The notes under the pieces are model-generated. The model was not told the DNA's origin. It did not search any database and saw only the letters and a program-made list of their open reading frames with translations. Source: Octopus vulgaris (Eukaryota). Taken from it: a DNA stretch of 64,000 nucleotides. Numbering within the stretch: position 1 is the stretch's first letter; each line of letters opens with the position of its first letter. Of the stretch, positions 39,330 to 53,212 are shown piece by piece. The position numbers were made by a program, and so were the translations under genes. Location of the stretch: positions 121,396,001 to 121,460,000 of the forward strand of contig OX597817.1 of assembly GCA_951406725.2 (NCBI GenBank), written 5' to 3'.

Positions 39330-41330
39330 GTTCATTTTAGCCATTCTCATTTCGAAAATGGCGAATGCAAACCACGAGGCCGGCGCAAGTCATGCGGAAC
39401 TCTAGTGAGGCGCTAAAAACAACCCATGAATAATTTCTTAGCCTCCCGCTACCAAAAACACTTAATTCATGCACACACATATAAAACGAATGAAAGCAAA
39501 AGTTGAGAAAGGCATAATACAGATCTCAGCGCTATTATTGACAATGACGGATTGAAAAGATTAGTGGCTGAGGCTGACAGCTTGAACGCCGCTACCACCA
39601 CCACCACCACCATCACCACTGCAACCACCACCACCACCACCAAAAACAACAACAACAATAAAAATAATGTCGCAAAGCCAACCACCATTACCGCCATTAA
39701 AAACTTTAACTCTGCCGCAAAAACCAACACTACTACTACAACTTCTGCAGCTACAACTACCACCTCTTCTACCCCCACCTAACCACCACCATCACCACCA
39801 CCACCAGCGAAAACAACAACAAAAACTGATCAAATTTTGCAGAAGCCTTAAAACAAAAAAGGACAATACAGAACAGATAAAAGATACAAAGTCCTTCTTA
39901 ACTCAACAAGGTTCAAATTTACACCTCAACGTCCCACAAAAATATCTTAGACATCACACGCAGGGTAGACTTCAGTGTCGACCTGCTTAGTCTGCCAAGA
40001 CTCTCAGCAAGAGAGGCAGCGTGTTGCGAAGATGCCATCACAGCACCGGACGTGTGGGACGCGATGGCAGAGTGCCCGAGGGACAAATCGCCGGGTTTGG
40101 ATGGTCTGCCCTACGAACTTTACAGTTGTATGCCAGACTTGTTTGGAGACGTCTTGGCAGCAAACACTGGTTTTGTGAGCCGAGGAGCTGTAACGCTGCT
40201 AAAGAAAGATCCAACAAAGGGGGACGTAATAGATAACTTAGGCCCATCACTCTGCTCAATGCAGATTTGAAAATTGTGGCCAAGGTGCTAGCCAAGAGCT
40301 TGGCGTTTGTCATCGAGAAACTGGTCGACAAGGCGCAAACGTGCGCCGTGCCGGGCCGGAGCATCCATGACAAACTCCACCTCGTGCGCTACATCATAGA
40401 CGGGGTAGTTAAGGGACCTGGTATGGGTGGGATACTGACCAATTTGGATCAATCGAAAGCTTTCGATAGGGTGGACCATCGATACTTGGACGCTGTCCTC
40501 ATAGCGGCTGGTTTCGGTCCCGTTTTCTGAGACTGGATCGTTGCCCTATACAAAGGCATCCGTTCGGTAATTCACGTGAATGGGCATCTATCGAGATCTT
40601 TCGACATTGCACGTTCGGTTCGTCAGGGATGCCTCCTCTCGTCGCTTTTGTACGTATTGACCCTCGAGCCACTACTGCACGCACTCGAACAGTGTCCAAC
40701 TATTTCCGACCTGTGGGCCTATGTCGAACGACTGCTATCGAGTGTCGGACGAGTCGGTTTATATGCCGAGTCTATCGTCAATATTGTCGCGCCAACTTCC
40801 TTCAAACGGGAAGAAAGAGCTATTGTTATCGTACTTGTGGCTGTGGCAAAAGAATGTGTATGGTGGACGCGTCTGAAAGGCTTAGAGACAAACACTTTAT
40901 TCTCTGGTGAATCTCATCAGCTTCTTCAAGTATCACTTGAAAAGGAAGTTGAGAGTAGAGAGGGAAGTTTTGTCTAGCAAATGTTTCAATAAAAGATGGG
41001 TGAATATAGGAAAGATGGCACGCGTGAATGACGGATCCACTTTGAGTATAATCCTATGAACCAGAAAAAGAAAGGAAACAAGGAGAGTCACTTACTGTAA
41101 AGTGATTTTGCATGACACTATTACTCGAGGTTACCGTGGTCTTTTCCGTAGGCTTTTCTTTCTACGGATAAACCTAATCTGTTTTGTTTTACATTTATGA
41201 CATTTCTGTGATACACGTCCCTTTTGATCGGTGTTTCTTTTTCTTCTTCACGATCCCTTATTTTTCCTTTTTTTTTCAAATACATTCTCATATGTGTTTT
41301 AAATTTATACGCAGTCTATATTTTGTATAT
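39330..41330 (+). mobile_element. Internally deleted L1/Tx1-type non-LTR retrotransposon
   Basis: Probable ORF1 start ATGGCGAAT at 39358; RT motifs KSPGLDGLPYELY, RPITLLNADLKIVAKVLA, LDQSKAFDRVDHRYL, SVRQGCLLSSLLYVLTLEPLL, followed directly by C-terminal HALEQCPTISDLW; T-rich 3' UTR. Outer boundaries approximate. Confidence 0.88.
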
Positions 41331-41535
41331 GTATTTAATAGTGTTTTAGGAAATGTGCTGCATTTAAGTTCTGAAATGTTATTATGTTGAATCGTATAGG
41401 GTGCATCATACCATAAGAATTAGCCCCGTTTTTCCTGAAGTAACTTGCTTTGAAAAAGAAAAATATATCCGAACATGTAGCACAGACTTTTCAATGTTAA
41501 ACGGCGAGGTGTTATTCTCCATCGAAGGCGTATGA

Positions 41536-41820
41536 CTTTGTGGTTAGAGAATTCAGCTCACTATTCTGAGGTAGTGAGTTCGATAACCGATGGCGTGTTG
41601 TATTCTTGAGCAAGAAACTGTATTTCACGTTGGTCAGCGAGCAAAAGTGAGTTTTCTTGTAATTTAAGGAGCCAGCCTTGTTACATTCTATGTCACGCTG
41701 AATCTGCCTGGAAACAACGTTAAGAGTACGCGGGTCTGTGAAGTGCTCAACCATTTGCGCATTAATTTCACGAGCAGTCTTTTCCGTTGATCGAATCAAG
41801 TGGAAGACTCATCGTTGTAA
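41536..41820 (+). mobile_element. SINE family C
   Basis: GTGGTTAGAG, GAGTTCGATA, CTTGAGCAAGAAACT, and the tail shared with the 1665 and 36232 copies. Confidence 0.82.
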
Positions 41821-41835
41821 CTATCATCATCATCA

Positions 41836-41868
<33 letters not shown>

Positions 41869-41911
41869 AGAAAGGGAGAGAGAAGGGAGAAATATATATA
41901 TATATATTTAT

Positions 41912-41956
<45 letters not shown>

Positions 41957-43258
41957 AAGATAGATAGAGAGAGAGAGATACCTCACCACCTACATAAGAT
42001 CTCGGAGTTTCATAGCTAATATCGCCAGGTGTTCTGGTGTCAATTTCCGTCATATAAATGAAATTAGAAGCACAGAACAATGTCTATTTGAAATCATGAT
42101 CATCGACCTCAGTTATTTCATTTCTATGGTGCAAAGCATAGCGACATGAAATAGAAAGCAATAAACATATATTAAAATTTTTTTCCGATTCAAAGCAACA
42201 ACTGAACTCTTTTAAATAAAAAAATACAACAACAACAGCAAAAATTACTACAAAGAAACAAGATCTAAAAATTTGAAAAACCGCAGTTTAACGCGATTGA
42301 ATGTCATTTTGATATTACAGTTTTAGTATGACGTCACAATATTTGCAATGCGTATTTTATCGAAATATTTTTAAAAGGCCATGAAATGCCGAAAGTTGAG
42401 TGTAAGCGACAAAGATCTTCTTTAGTTGAACTATATTTTCTTTTTGACTGACAAGGTAAAACAGAGTTCATCTGATTTTGTTTCCTATTTATCCATTTGC
42501 CATTCAAGTAGCTTTAAAAAAACACATAGAGACAAATGCACATGCACACATACATAAGCACTGCAGTCTCACAAACACACTCATACATATATGTACACAT
42601 ATATTATGTGGAAGGGAGAAATGGGGAGAAAGAGAATGAGATAGAATGAGAGCGAGAAAGTGGTGAAGAGTGAGAGAGAGAGGGGGGGAGAAAGAGATGC
42701 TAATGATATGTACACTGCATCGTTTATAGTTATTTAATTGATTTCATAGATATACGACAATTTATACATGTTATGTTAGCTGAAGTTAATATATTCTTCC
42801 TGTATTTGTTTTACAATTCCAAAACGGTAGAAATGGCGAATGATGCAGAAAAATGTTTCCTTATCAGATCTTTTCATTACAACGATTTTGCTTATTTGTT
42901 TCTGAGTTCAAATTATAATGGATTCAATTTGGCATTTTACTTCACTGAGAAACTCTAAACAAGTAGAATTAAACGGGAAAAAGTGTGAACCTCAATGCGA
43001 CTTCTAGATTTGGTTGTTTGCGAAAGCTAAATAATCTTTAAATCCCAGTCGTCCAAAAGAAAGTATAATACATTTGACAATGTAGTCTCTAAGGAAAAGA
43101 ACGGCTTTGTAAGGGTTGAATGTGGGGCTTAACAGTGAGGAAAACAAGCAAATATTAATAGAATGGTATAATTTATTCTAATGAATAATATATTTTTGAA
43201 CATGAATTTCAGTATGATCTAAAATAATGTTATATGTGCACAGGTTAAACCACATATA

Positions 43259-43790
43259 CAGGGTGTCCCAAAAGTCACTGATGGGTTTCAATTTTTAATA
43301 ACTTCCTCAACTGTACAGATAAATGCATTAAATTTTGACACAATATAAAGGACATACTGAAAATTAATGTACACAAGTCAAATTTTGCAACATCACTACA
43401 TCACATGGAAAATGACATCGCTTATATGGCAGTCATTTTCTGCTTTGCAAGCCCATGCTCTTTGCAAAACTTGAACCATAACACCCTGAAGAGTTTCAAA
43501 CTCCCACGTCTCTGAGTTCTCTATTGGTGTTCTCCTTCACTTGCACCAGGGTCTCCGGTTTGTTGACGTAAACCCTCTCTTTTAGGTATCCCCACAAGAA
43601 AAAATCCGGGCTAGTCAAGTCTAGGGAACATGAAGGCCAATTGACATTGCCGTAGCGGGAGATTATTTTCTCTCTAATGAACTGCCTGCCATAGCAACTG
43701 CATCTTTTCTCGTGCGGTATGAGCAATTGCCCCATTTTGCTGGAACCATGTGTGAGGTCTACTTTGAATGGCCTTCAATATCTCAAATGG
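43259..43790 (-). mobile_element. Tc1/mariner element, 3' part with terminal inverted repeat
   Basis: TA|CAGGGTGTCCCAAAAGTC terminus at 43257-43278; minus-strand WFQQNGAIAHTAR and WPSCSLDLTSPDFFLWGYLKERVYVNKP. Confidence 0.9.
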
Positions 43791-44114
43791 CTTATCCTAT
43801 TTTAAAATTAAAAAAAAAAGATAAAACAATTCCCTGTCACTGGGCAGTAGAAATGATGGTGTACCCACTTCAACGGTATAGTCAGTTACAACGATTGCAT
43901 TACTTATTTTAATAAGAAAATATTATATTCTAATATATTTTAATCGACTTCGAAGGACGAAAGGCAAAGTAGACATGGGTAGGATTTGATGTCAGACGGT
44001 AAAGGAACGAATGAAATGTCATAATGATTTTTTTCGATGTTCCACAAACTTCAATAGCACTTTGAAAATCATATTCAAGAATGAAGTTGGTCACGTGCAA
44101 CATTGGTGTTTATC

Positions 44115-44512
44115 CTCTATTTGTTTCAGTCATTAGTCTGTGGCTATGCTGGGGCAGCACCTTCAAGAATCTTTAGTCGACCACAGTACTTATTTTTCTA
44201 AGTTTGATTCTTATACTATCGGTCTCTTTTGCCAAACCGCTAAGATATGGGAGCGTAAACACACCAACACCAGCGGTTATGTAACGGTGGGGGACAAACA
44301 CAAATGCACACACACAAACGCTCACACACACATACACACACACACACACATACACACACATACACACAACAGGCTTCTTGAGTTTCCGTCTACCAAATCC
44401 ACTCTCAAGGTTTGGGTCAGCCCGAAGCTATAGGACACATAATGAAGGTGCTACGCCGTGGAACTGAACGCGGAACCATGTGGTTGGGAAGAAAACTTTT
44501 TAGCACACGGCT
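44115..44512 (-). mobile_element. SINE family B (diverged)
   Basis: All family B blocks recognisable. Confidence 0.85.
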
Positions 44513-44965
44513 TTATCAGTGCTTTATGTTCATGGTATAAATTAAGTAAAACAACTGCAACAACAACTAGAGAACCTATGAATTTCACCAAAAAGTAGAT
44601 TGCAGTTATTAGACTTTCAACGATGTATCTGCTTTAAGTTCGAAGCACATATTGCTATTCAAAAATAATTTTATTTTAAAAGTCAATTATTTGATTAATG
44701 CATCTATCCTCGTTTAACATTCACTCATTTATCATAGAATTGCAAAAATACGATCTAACGACGATCCATAATGCTCGAAACAACTTGAAATCTCTGAACG
44801 AAGCCTACTTTCCCCGTATGTTCTATTATGCATTTATCACCGATTCATTTAACACCGTGGGTTTTTACTGTGTGTGTGTTTTGGTTGAGGGGAATCAAAT
44901 TCCAATGATAAACGAGGATAGATGTATTGTACTAAACAGAATATTAACGTATACACACACACACA

Positions 44966-45066
44966 CGTTCAAATTCCACCGAAGTCGACTTTGCTTTCAT
45001 GCTTTCGGGGTCGATAAAATAAATACCAGTTGAGCATTGGGGTCGATGTGTTTATAGTAAGAAGGC
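44966..45066 (+). mobile_element. SINE family A fragment
   Basis: GTTCAAATTCCACCGAAGTCGACTTTGCTTTCATGCTTTCGGGGTCGATAAAAT, followed by (TTA)n. Confidence 0.8.
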
Positions 45067-45132
<66 letters not shown>

Positions 45133-45149
45133 GTCATCATCTTCATCAT

Positions 45150-45636
45150 TTATGGTTTCTTTTCATTATAACTTTATTTCAGTTGCCTTAGTACCGGACA
45201 TCCTCCAGAAGCCAAGAGTAGCAGGAGCACTTTTGTTTTGCTATGCATGCTAAAATTATCACCACCTTTATTCCATTTTAGATGAAAAGTGCTTTCCGTA
45301 CTATATGGTCTGTACCCATCAAGGTTATCTTTTGTAGTTCACGGAGATTGGAGTTACCAGGGAGTTGCTTAATATACTTCTCAGTTCCCTTCTTTATCGT
45401 TCCCAACGCACCAATTACAACTGGCTTTATCGTAGTACTAAGCTTCCAAATTTTTGTGATTTCAGTTTGTAGATATTTATAGTGAGAAAGCTTTTTGTAT
45501 TCTTGAGAAATTTTGATCTTGTGAGACTGACATATCCATTAACAGACAAGTTCTTCTGTTGTAGTCCTTGATCACAATGCCTAGTCGATTGGAGTCAATT
45601 TTTCTGTTTGTATTCAGAAATTCCAAAGAATGGTGA
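45150..45636 (-). mobile_element. R4/Dong-like non-LTR retrotransposon, 3' fragment (restriction-like endonuclease region)
   Basis: TILWNF...KIDSNRLGIVIKDYNRRTCLLMDMSVSQDQN...EITKIWKLSTTIKPVVIGALGTIKKG...LQKITLMGTDHIVRKAL*; (TAA)n tracts on both sides. Confidence 0.85.
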
Positions 45637-45684
45637 CGATTATTATTATTATTGCTGTTGTTATTATTATTTTTATTATTATCA

Positions 45685-45743
<59 letters not shown>

Positions 45744-45866
45744 GTTATTATTTTTTTTTATTATTATTAGTTTTTATTTTGAACTCGACAAAGACAGGCT
45801 TGCTGTCGAAATATCGTTCAACCAATAAAATATCTGTTGCAGTCGCATCGTGCTCTTCGTCTAGTC

Positions 45867-45915
<49 letters not shown>

Positions 45916-45939
45916 GTTGTTGTTGTTGTTGTTGTTGTT

Positions 45940-46152
45940 AAGGCAGCGAGCTGGCAGAATCGTTTGCATGCCGGGCAAAATGCTTAGAGGCATTTCGCTC
46001 GTCCTTACGTTCTGAGTTCAAATTCCACCGAGGTCGACTTTACCTTTCATCCTTCGACATCGATAAAATAAGTACCAGTTAAACACTTGGGTCGATGTAA
46101 TCGACTTAACCCCTCCCCACAAAATGCTGATCTTGTGCCTTTAGTAGAAAGG
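45940..46152 (+). mobile_element. SINE family A (full length)
   Basis: AAGGCAGCGAGCTGGCAGAATCG...GTAGAAAGG, then an (ATT)n tail running to about 46220. Confidence 0.92.
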
Positions 46153-46221
<69 letters not shown>

Positions 46222-47279
46222 TTTATTGCTAACTGAGAATGTTTGCTGAAGAGTTCTAAAAAGACCAATTCTCGTCTGTTTCATTCCCCGGTTTGAACAA
46301 AAATCAAATTCACCCCGCAGACAATGTTTTTAAATATTTTCGCAAATTTCACTTTATTGATCCTAGATTATTCAACTTGCCTCTTCTTTTTTTCTAAATG
46401 TACTTTCAGGGAAATTTTCTCTATCAATTTGATAAATACTCCCAGGTAACCGGAATTTTCAGCTTTCCATAGTGGATATGTGTATGACAGATATTTACTT
46501 ATTTGTATGTATTATGCAGAACGCTCGCTCGACGAAGTAATTTCTTTTAGTCCTTTTGTTTTTATTCTAAACGTCAGTATTTCATAGCATTGCCTATATC
46601 GCTTGTACCATGAAGATTACCTCCATGATCCTTAAATATTTCCAGATTCACTCATGTTTATGTGCAATGTTTCGTATAATAGTGTTTGTTGCGCATAACA
46701 TATGCATTGAGGCTAATACTGCAATTGGTTGCATGTTGTAAATTTTGAATATCAGGATTATATGTATTTGTATTATTATTATTGCTAGTTCATTTACTAT
46801 TATTAGAATTATTTGAAATGCAATGTTACCTATCCATTTCTGAAATTTTCTATTTCGTCTGTCTTGGGATGGGTGTTCCATTCACTCGGATTAAAATGTG
46901 TATGATTTTGTAAATGTTACACTTTTTGTGGTCCTTAGCAATGAAAATTTAAGAAGTTAACTTTTACTACTTCGTCAATTACTAACATATCTCTTACGTA
47001 CAGTGATATGTGCTTATGTCATATGGTTTTTGTGAAAGTAGCATTGGGACTAAGCACAGCACGCAAACAAAAATCGTTAGAAGAGACGATATTTATCTGG
47101 TAATCAAACTTTACAACATACAAATGAAATAAACATATAAAAGAGCCTTATTATCCAACATACGCACATATATATGTATTAACACTTTCACAAAGGCATC
47201 GCATCAAAACGAGCATAAGTAAACAGGCTAACAATTAAATAATACATGGCGATAAACTTGGTGATACAGCTGTAATATA

Positions 47280-47500
47280 TCTTGTTTAGTCTCCTGTCAG
47301 CTCTGATCAAGAAACCAATGGATCAAAAGCATTTCAACCATGTTCATCCTGATTTTTTCCAGGGCTAAATAAATCCATTGCAAAACTAACATACAAGCTA
47401 GTTACATCTAGGAAAATAAGGTGGGTATGATTTGAGGAAAATAGGACTGATTTCCTAGCAGATAGGCCGGCGATGCGGAGGCTCCTTCGTTGGGTCGTTA
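47280..47500. mobile_element. Old dispersed repeat, family D
   Basis: TTGTTTAGTCTCCTGTCAGCTCTGATC...GATCAAAAGCATTTCAACCATG...CGGAGGCTCC. Confidence 0.55.
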
Positions 47501-47504
47501 GTAA

Positions 47505-47895
47505 TCTATATATATAAAGTTGAAGTTGTCTGTGTGTGTGGCAGTTTTGGTAGCCTTCAACTAACAGTATCTCCTTCGAGACCCTGCGGCGTAAGTTGAA
47601 CAAAATTGGGAGTATGATAGAAGAAGGCTTGCTCTTTATTCCGTAGAAGAAAAAATCCAAATCAGACCATGTTAAGACCAAAAATTATTTACATCAAAAA
47701 GGTGCTTTTTTTCTATGGAAATTCCTATTTTTTACGATTTTTGACTGCTGTGTCGCCATTTTTCGTGGGTTTTCAACAAGAAAAATGTTCGTTTAAAGAG
47801 AATAACAAGCTACATAATGCAAAATTTTAACTTCTCAAAAATTCCAATTCTAAAGGGTCAAAACAAACCCGAGGAACGCCGGGCTATACTGCTAG
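47505..47895 (+). mobile_element. Non-autonomous Helitron (391 bp)
   Basis: A|TCTATATATATAAAG 5' end; hairpin CCCG-AGGAACGC-CGGG at 47868-47883; CTAG|T 3' end; A-T insertion site without TSD. Confidence 0.85.
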
Positions 47896-48078
47896 TAGAT
47901 GATAATAATAATGGCAGTAGTTAGCTAATGTACAGTACAAACGTTGGATCACTATGAATACATCTTCCAACATCAGTAGGAATCAATAAAATTTCCTGAG
48001 CTGAGAAATGATGTACCTTCTGAAGAAAATGCAGTGTAAAAGTGGTGGGATAAACTTTGAAATTTGTCTTTACCTTAG

Positions 48079-48139
<61 letters not shown>

Positions 48140-48721
48140 ACACACGCACGCACAAACACACACACACAGGGCAAACTAATGATGAGATAACTCGTCAGAA
48201 ATTATTTAGTGAGGTTATTAAATTTTGATAAATTCCTATGCCGTATGAAGAGTAGACACACGAGCCTCAGTTTTATCTTAGGCTGTATATTGATCTGTTG
48301 TGTGGACAGTTGCCTGTGGTGATTACAAAATAATTATGTTCTTGTATATTGCAGTTAATCACGTATCACTTCCCATACTCTCCTCGTTAATCAACACAAC
48401 TATGGAAGACGTAACATTCTTTCATACCTCAACTTAATAATTCTGAATGATTTACAAAGTAAAAAAACAAAACAAAAGCAACAAAGCAAAAAAAAAAAAA
48501 AAAAATCTTAAGGGTGTTAAGAAGGAGTGCTTCGTGGTATTTAGATATATCTGCCAGGTTCAAAACTCAAATTCTACCGCCTTTTCACTTTGATCTTCTC
48601 CATTCGTAGATCGATAAAATGAAAATACCAGTAGTGAACTGGTTTTGATTAAATCAACTTTAGACGAATTTTTCTGGCTTTCAGCTAAAGATAGGAATCG
48701 TGAACAGGAACAACAACAACA

Positions 48722-48722
48722 T

Positions 48723-48769
<47 letters not shown>

Positions 48770-48868
48770 GCTACTACTACAACTGCTGCTGCTACCACTA
48801 CTACTAACACAACTGTCACAACTACAAGTTGTAAATTAGTAGTAGTACAGTGTCAGCAGTTCTACGGT

Positions 48869-48899
<31 letters not shown>

Positions 48900-48951
48900 A
48901 TAGTAGTAGTAGTAGTAGTAGTAATAGTAGTTGTAGTAGTAGTAGTAGTAG
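48722..48951. repeat. (CTA)n followed by (TAG)n, an inverted microsatellite pair
   Basis: Directly visible. Confidence 0.9.
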
Positions 48952-49084
48952 ACTCGTGCTCCTTGCTACGGCGTGTGGTTTGCTATACGAATATGCAGAC
49001 TGCTATAAAATTGCGTATGTTAATATTCACACTAATATACATCGCTTCATCTCTTTGTCAACCTCTCTGTCTCTCTCTCTCCCC

Positions 49085-49155
49085 ATACACATACAGACAC
49101 ACCCACACATATATAACCGTAAGTTAATATACATATATATACATATACATAATAT

Positions 49156-49201
<46 letters not shown>

Positions 49202-49306
49202 CCTTTATTCTCATAAAGACGCACAGAAGGACCGTCATTCATTGACCCCATACTTACACATAGACACACGCACAAAGAATCATACACATATAGGAAAATA
49301 CATGCA

Positions 49307-49341
<35 letters not shown>

Positions 49342-49486
49342 GCACACGCACACGCACACACACATATATATATGATATATATGATAGAAACATTTCTAAC
49401 AGAGACATTAAGGTTATCTTCACTTTGATCTAGCTTTAATAATATTTTTATCTAAAATTACATTTAGCTTCCCTATGAATGGAAGA

Positions 49487-49533
<47 letters not shown>

Positions 49534-49567
49534 TATATATACGTGTGTACATATAAATATATTCATA

Positions 49568-49605
<38 letters not shown>

Positions 49606-49851
49606 TATATATATATATGTGTGCATGTATGCATATATGAGTGTATGTGTGTGTATGTGTGTATATGTGCTTGTGTGTGTGTTTGTGTATAGCAACTTAA
49701 TCATTGCATCGATCTACCCGGAATATATTTTAGAAAAAGGTATTTTGAACACAGACGCACACACAGGTGAATAAAGGGTAATAAAGCAAGCAAAAAGTTG
49801 TACATATAATACATATATACATATATATACATATATACATGCATGCATGTG

Positions 49852-49887
<36 letters not shown>

Positions 49888-50244
49888 ATATATACATAGT
49901 CTCTCTCTATATATTTTAGATATTAATTTAAGTACCTATCGCAGTTAGATTCAGCAGTGAAGATATATTCATGATGTCGTGATGCTACCAAACTAAAGGT
50001 GTCATGCACGTATATGGTTGACAATATCACGCAATAGGATAATAAAGGCATATATAACAAAAAGAGTTGAATGCGAGTCGTGAAAGTTTCTATACGGAAC
50101 AATGGCTACTAATAAAAGAGATGATACCACTCACGAACCACTGGTGAATATATATATATGTGTGTGTGTGTTTGTGTGTGTGTATATATATATATATATT
50201 ATCATTTATACATGTACGCATATACTCACAACGTGCTTGTAATA

Positions 50245-50297
<53 letters not shown>

Positions 50298-50350
50298 CAG
50301 TTATGTATATTCGTACGTACATACACACATACATACATGCTGCATATGTG
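49085..50350. repeat. (TA)n/(CA)n/(TG)n cluster
   Basis: Directly visible. Confidence 0.9.
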
Positions 50351-52668
50351 TGCTTGTGCGTGTGCAAATATATATACCAGCACTAGCAGACATACATGTG
50401 CATATCGATCTATCTATATATGCCATCCTTTTTTTCAATTTTTCCTTTTCTCTTCCTCTTGCTCTTTCTCTCTCTCCCCTTCTCTACATGTGCACACATG
50501 TAATATATGTGCATACATGTAGATGGCGTTTGTATTCCTAAGCAACTGTCTAATTCAAATCCATGCAGCGATAAACTGCCATATATAATTTAAGAGGAGA
50601 TAGAACCTATAGAAAACTTTTGCTGATTGTATGAACTACGCATTTTAAGATCTGGAACTTTACTAAATGGATACTTAGTCCTGTTCCTAATCTGAATCCT
50701 TCTGTATTGACTATTGAAGAAACACTGTGCACATACTTAAATTATCTTAGTCTTATTTACAACATAAAGTAAAGCATCTTCGCTCTTACTCTTACTTGAA
50801 AATATTTTATAAGTTATTACCCGCCGGTTGTTTTTGACGTTTAATCAGTAAAATAAAACAGTCATGGGAAACGATGTATAAAGATTATGGTTCAAAGTGC
50901 AGATGCACTGTTGGTGGCTTCCAGCAAATCTCCAGCTCGCTCAGACATTGAAAAGAACGCAATTTAAAACTCCACCGAGGTTTGTTTACGCCTTTCGGTG
51001 GCCAAAAATTTAGTAACAAGTATGAAAATTTGTTGAATTTCACTGCTTAATTTTCACAGAAATATTTCGCCTTGTAACCACGTAAAAAATCATTATTGGT
51101 GTGTAACATGTAGTGAATGGCTGAAATGAAATCGCGTTCTCATATAATATAAAGAACATTAGTTAATGCAATTTTTGATATAGTAAAAATACTAAATTGT
51201 CGCTGACAGAACGGCATATCCATCGATCCATCCATCCGTTCATCTTTGTAAAAATTGAATTATTTTAGGAACCATATTGTCAGAAACTGTCACATGCATC
51301 ATTGATATTATTGACATAAAACAACAACAACAACAACACTCATAACCGTGAATTACATCATAAACAAAACTTTTTTATGTTGTTTCGCAATAATGTATGG
51401 AATAGAATATTAACAAATGCATATATATTTTTTCTTTCTGACATGAAACCACCATGAAGGCACTTATGTCATCGACCAAATATATACCAATCAACGTCCG
51501 TAATTTATTTACATGTCTACGCACCAAACAATTGTTGACTTGTTTTGACTTGCATCTCTTCCAACCTGGCATTTGCGCGAGACAGAAACCTTCACTGTAG
51601 TTGAATATATAAACGCGTGCCATAGAGTGAAGTATAGGATTTGAGCAAAAAAAGTAAAAAAAAAAACAACAAACAAACAAACATCACCAACGACTAGGTC
51701 TTGATTTCTCACTGGAAATGATGTGCAACGAGAAATGGTACCGAGCCCTTTGGAATTCACTGGATTATTTGATAAGAAATCTTACATCTCGAGTTCCAAC
51801 GCTAGATAAACGGACAGATTCAAACGTATATCTGTCCACTCTACTGCCAAGTCAGAAGTAGATTCTGCAATATTTGTGAAAAAATCATTACAACAAAGAA
51901 ACTTTTACATTAGTGAGAAAATATGTTTTCGTTATTATCGAACAACTTCGTCAATTATTCTCTAAAGATAAGAAACAATGCCGACATGTTATTATCCCAA
52001 ATATATATATGTATTATCTGTAGAAGATATAGTGATAATCAAAAACTTAACTTCAAAGAGTGAATATCAATTTTTTTTAATGGTATGGCACCTTTGTCTA
52101 AAATATTTTCGCAACAAATTAAAACGATAGTCAAATGATCTTTATCTACATATTTTTCACATTACGGATAATTGTTATTTGACAAACTGTTTTCCATTAT
52201 CACCTACCAAACCGCAATATTCTTTTACGGTGATGAACGCTGCTACTGTTTTGGCAATAAGTTAAATAATATTTCAAAATGAAATGTATCTCCGAAAAGG
52301 TACATGATATATTATTGATTATAATCTTCATATTATATTACTAAATGTAAGTTAATTAGGTATATATATCTTCTTTAGTATTTCAGATATATTATCAAAC
52401 TGCAGAGATATTTAAATTATTGAAAAACGATAACCATGATAAAATAGTACAGACCCGAAAATGGTCGTGCGTTGATTAACGTTTCGGTATTTCACATTTC
52501 TCAGCTGAGAAATCAAGACAATATATATGTACTTGTTATATCGTGGAAATTGAGGCAAAAATTACGATATACATGAACAAATACGCGCACAAACACGCAC
52601 ATATCGCTCTTATAATATATTCACACACACAAGCATACTGATACGCATAAAAATGTGTGTGCGTGTAT

Positions 52669-52699
<31 letters not shown>

Positions 52700-53212
52700 G
52701 ATGCACATACACACATATACACATATGAAAGAATCTGGTGTGACATTTAATATTCGTTTTAAGGTCTTTATTATTGGAAATGTTACAGACCGCTTAAGGC
52801 TCATTTTCGTTCCTTTGTACAAATTATCTACGCCCTAAATGTATTCTATAAATTTTCTGTAGTTTTTCTAAAAGTATCGTTCTCCTGGAGATAAAATAAT
52901 GAAACACTGAGCTGATGACGGATACTGAGACAGAAAGATAACCGCACAGTTATCCTGTAGTCTTTAGACAGGCTTCTTTTTTTAATGGCGCGTCAAGTTT
53001 AATGCATTCTTCATTATTGAGATTACCTCTCCTTCTTATATGATGTTGATCCCAGTTGTCACTAGGCGATTTTTTAAACTTCTCTAGGGGCGGGGATAAT
53101 TCAAATATATCAAGTATTTCTAAATATCCTTGTTTGACTTTGTTGTTGTAATACATACCACTTGCCACTCACATGTAAATATCTATGGATACACAGACGC
53201 AAATATATCCAT

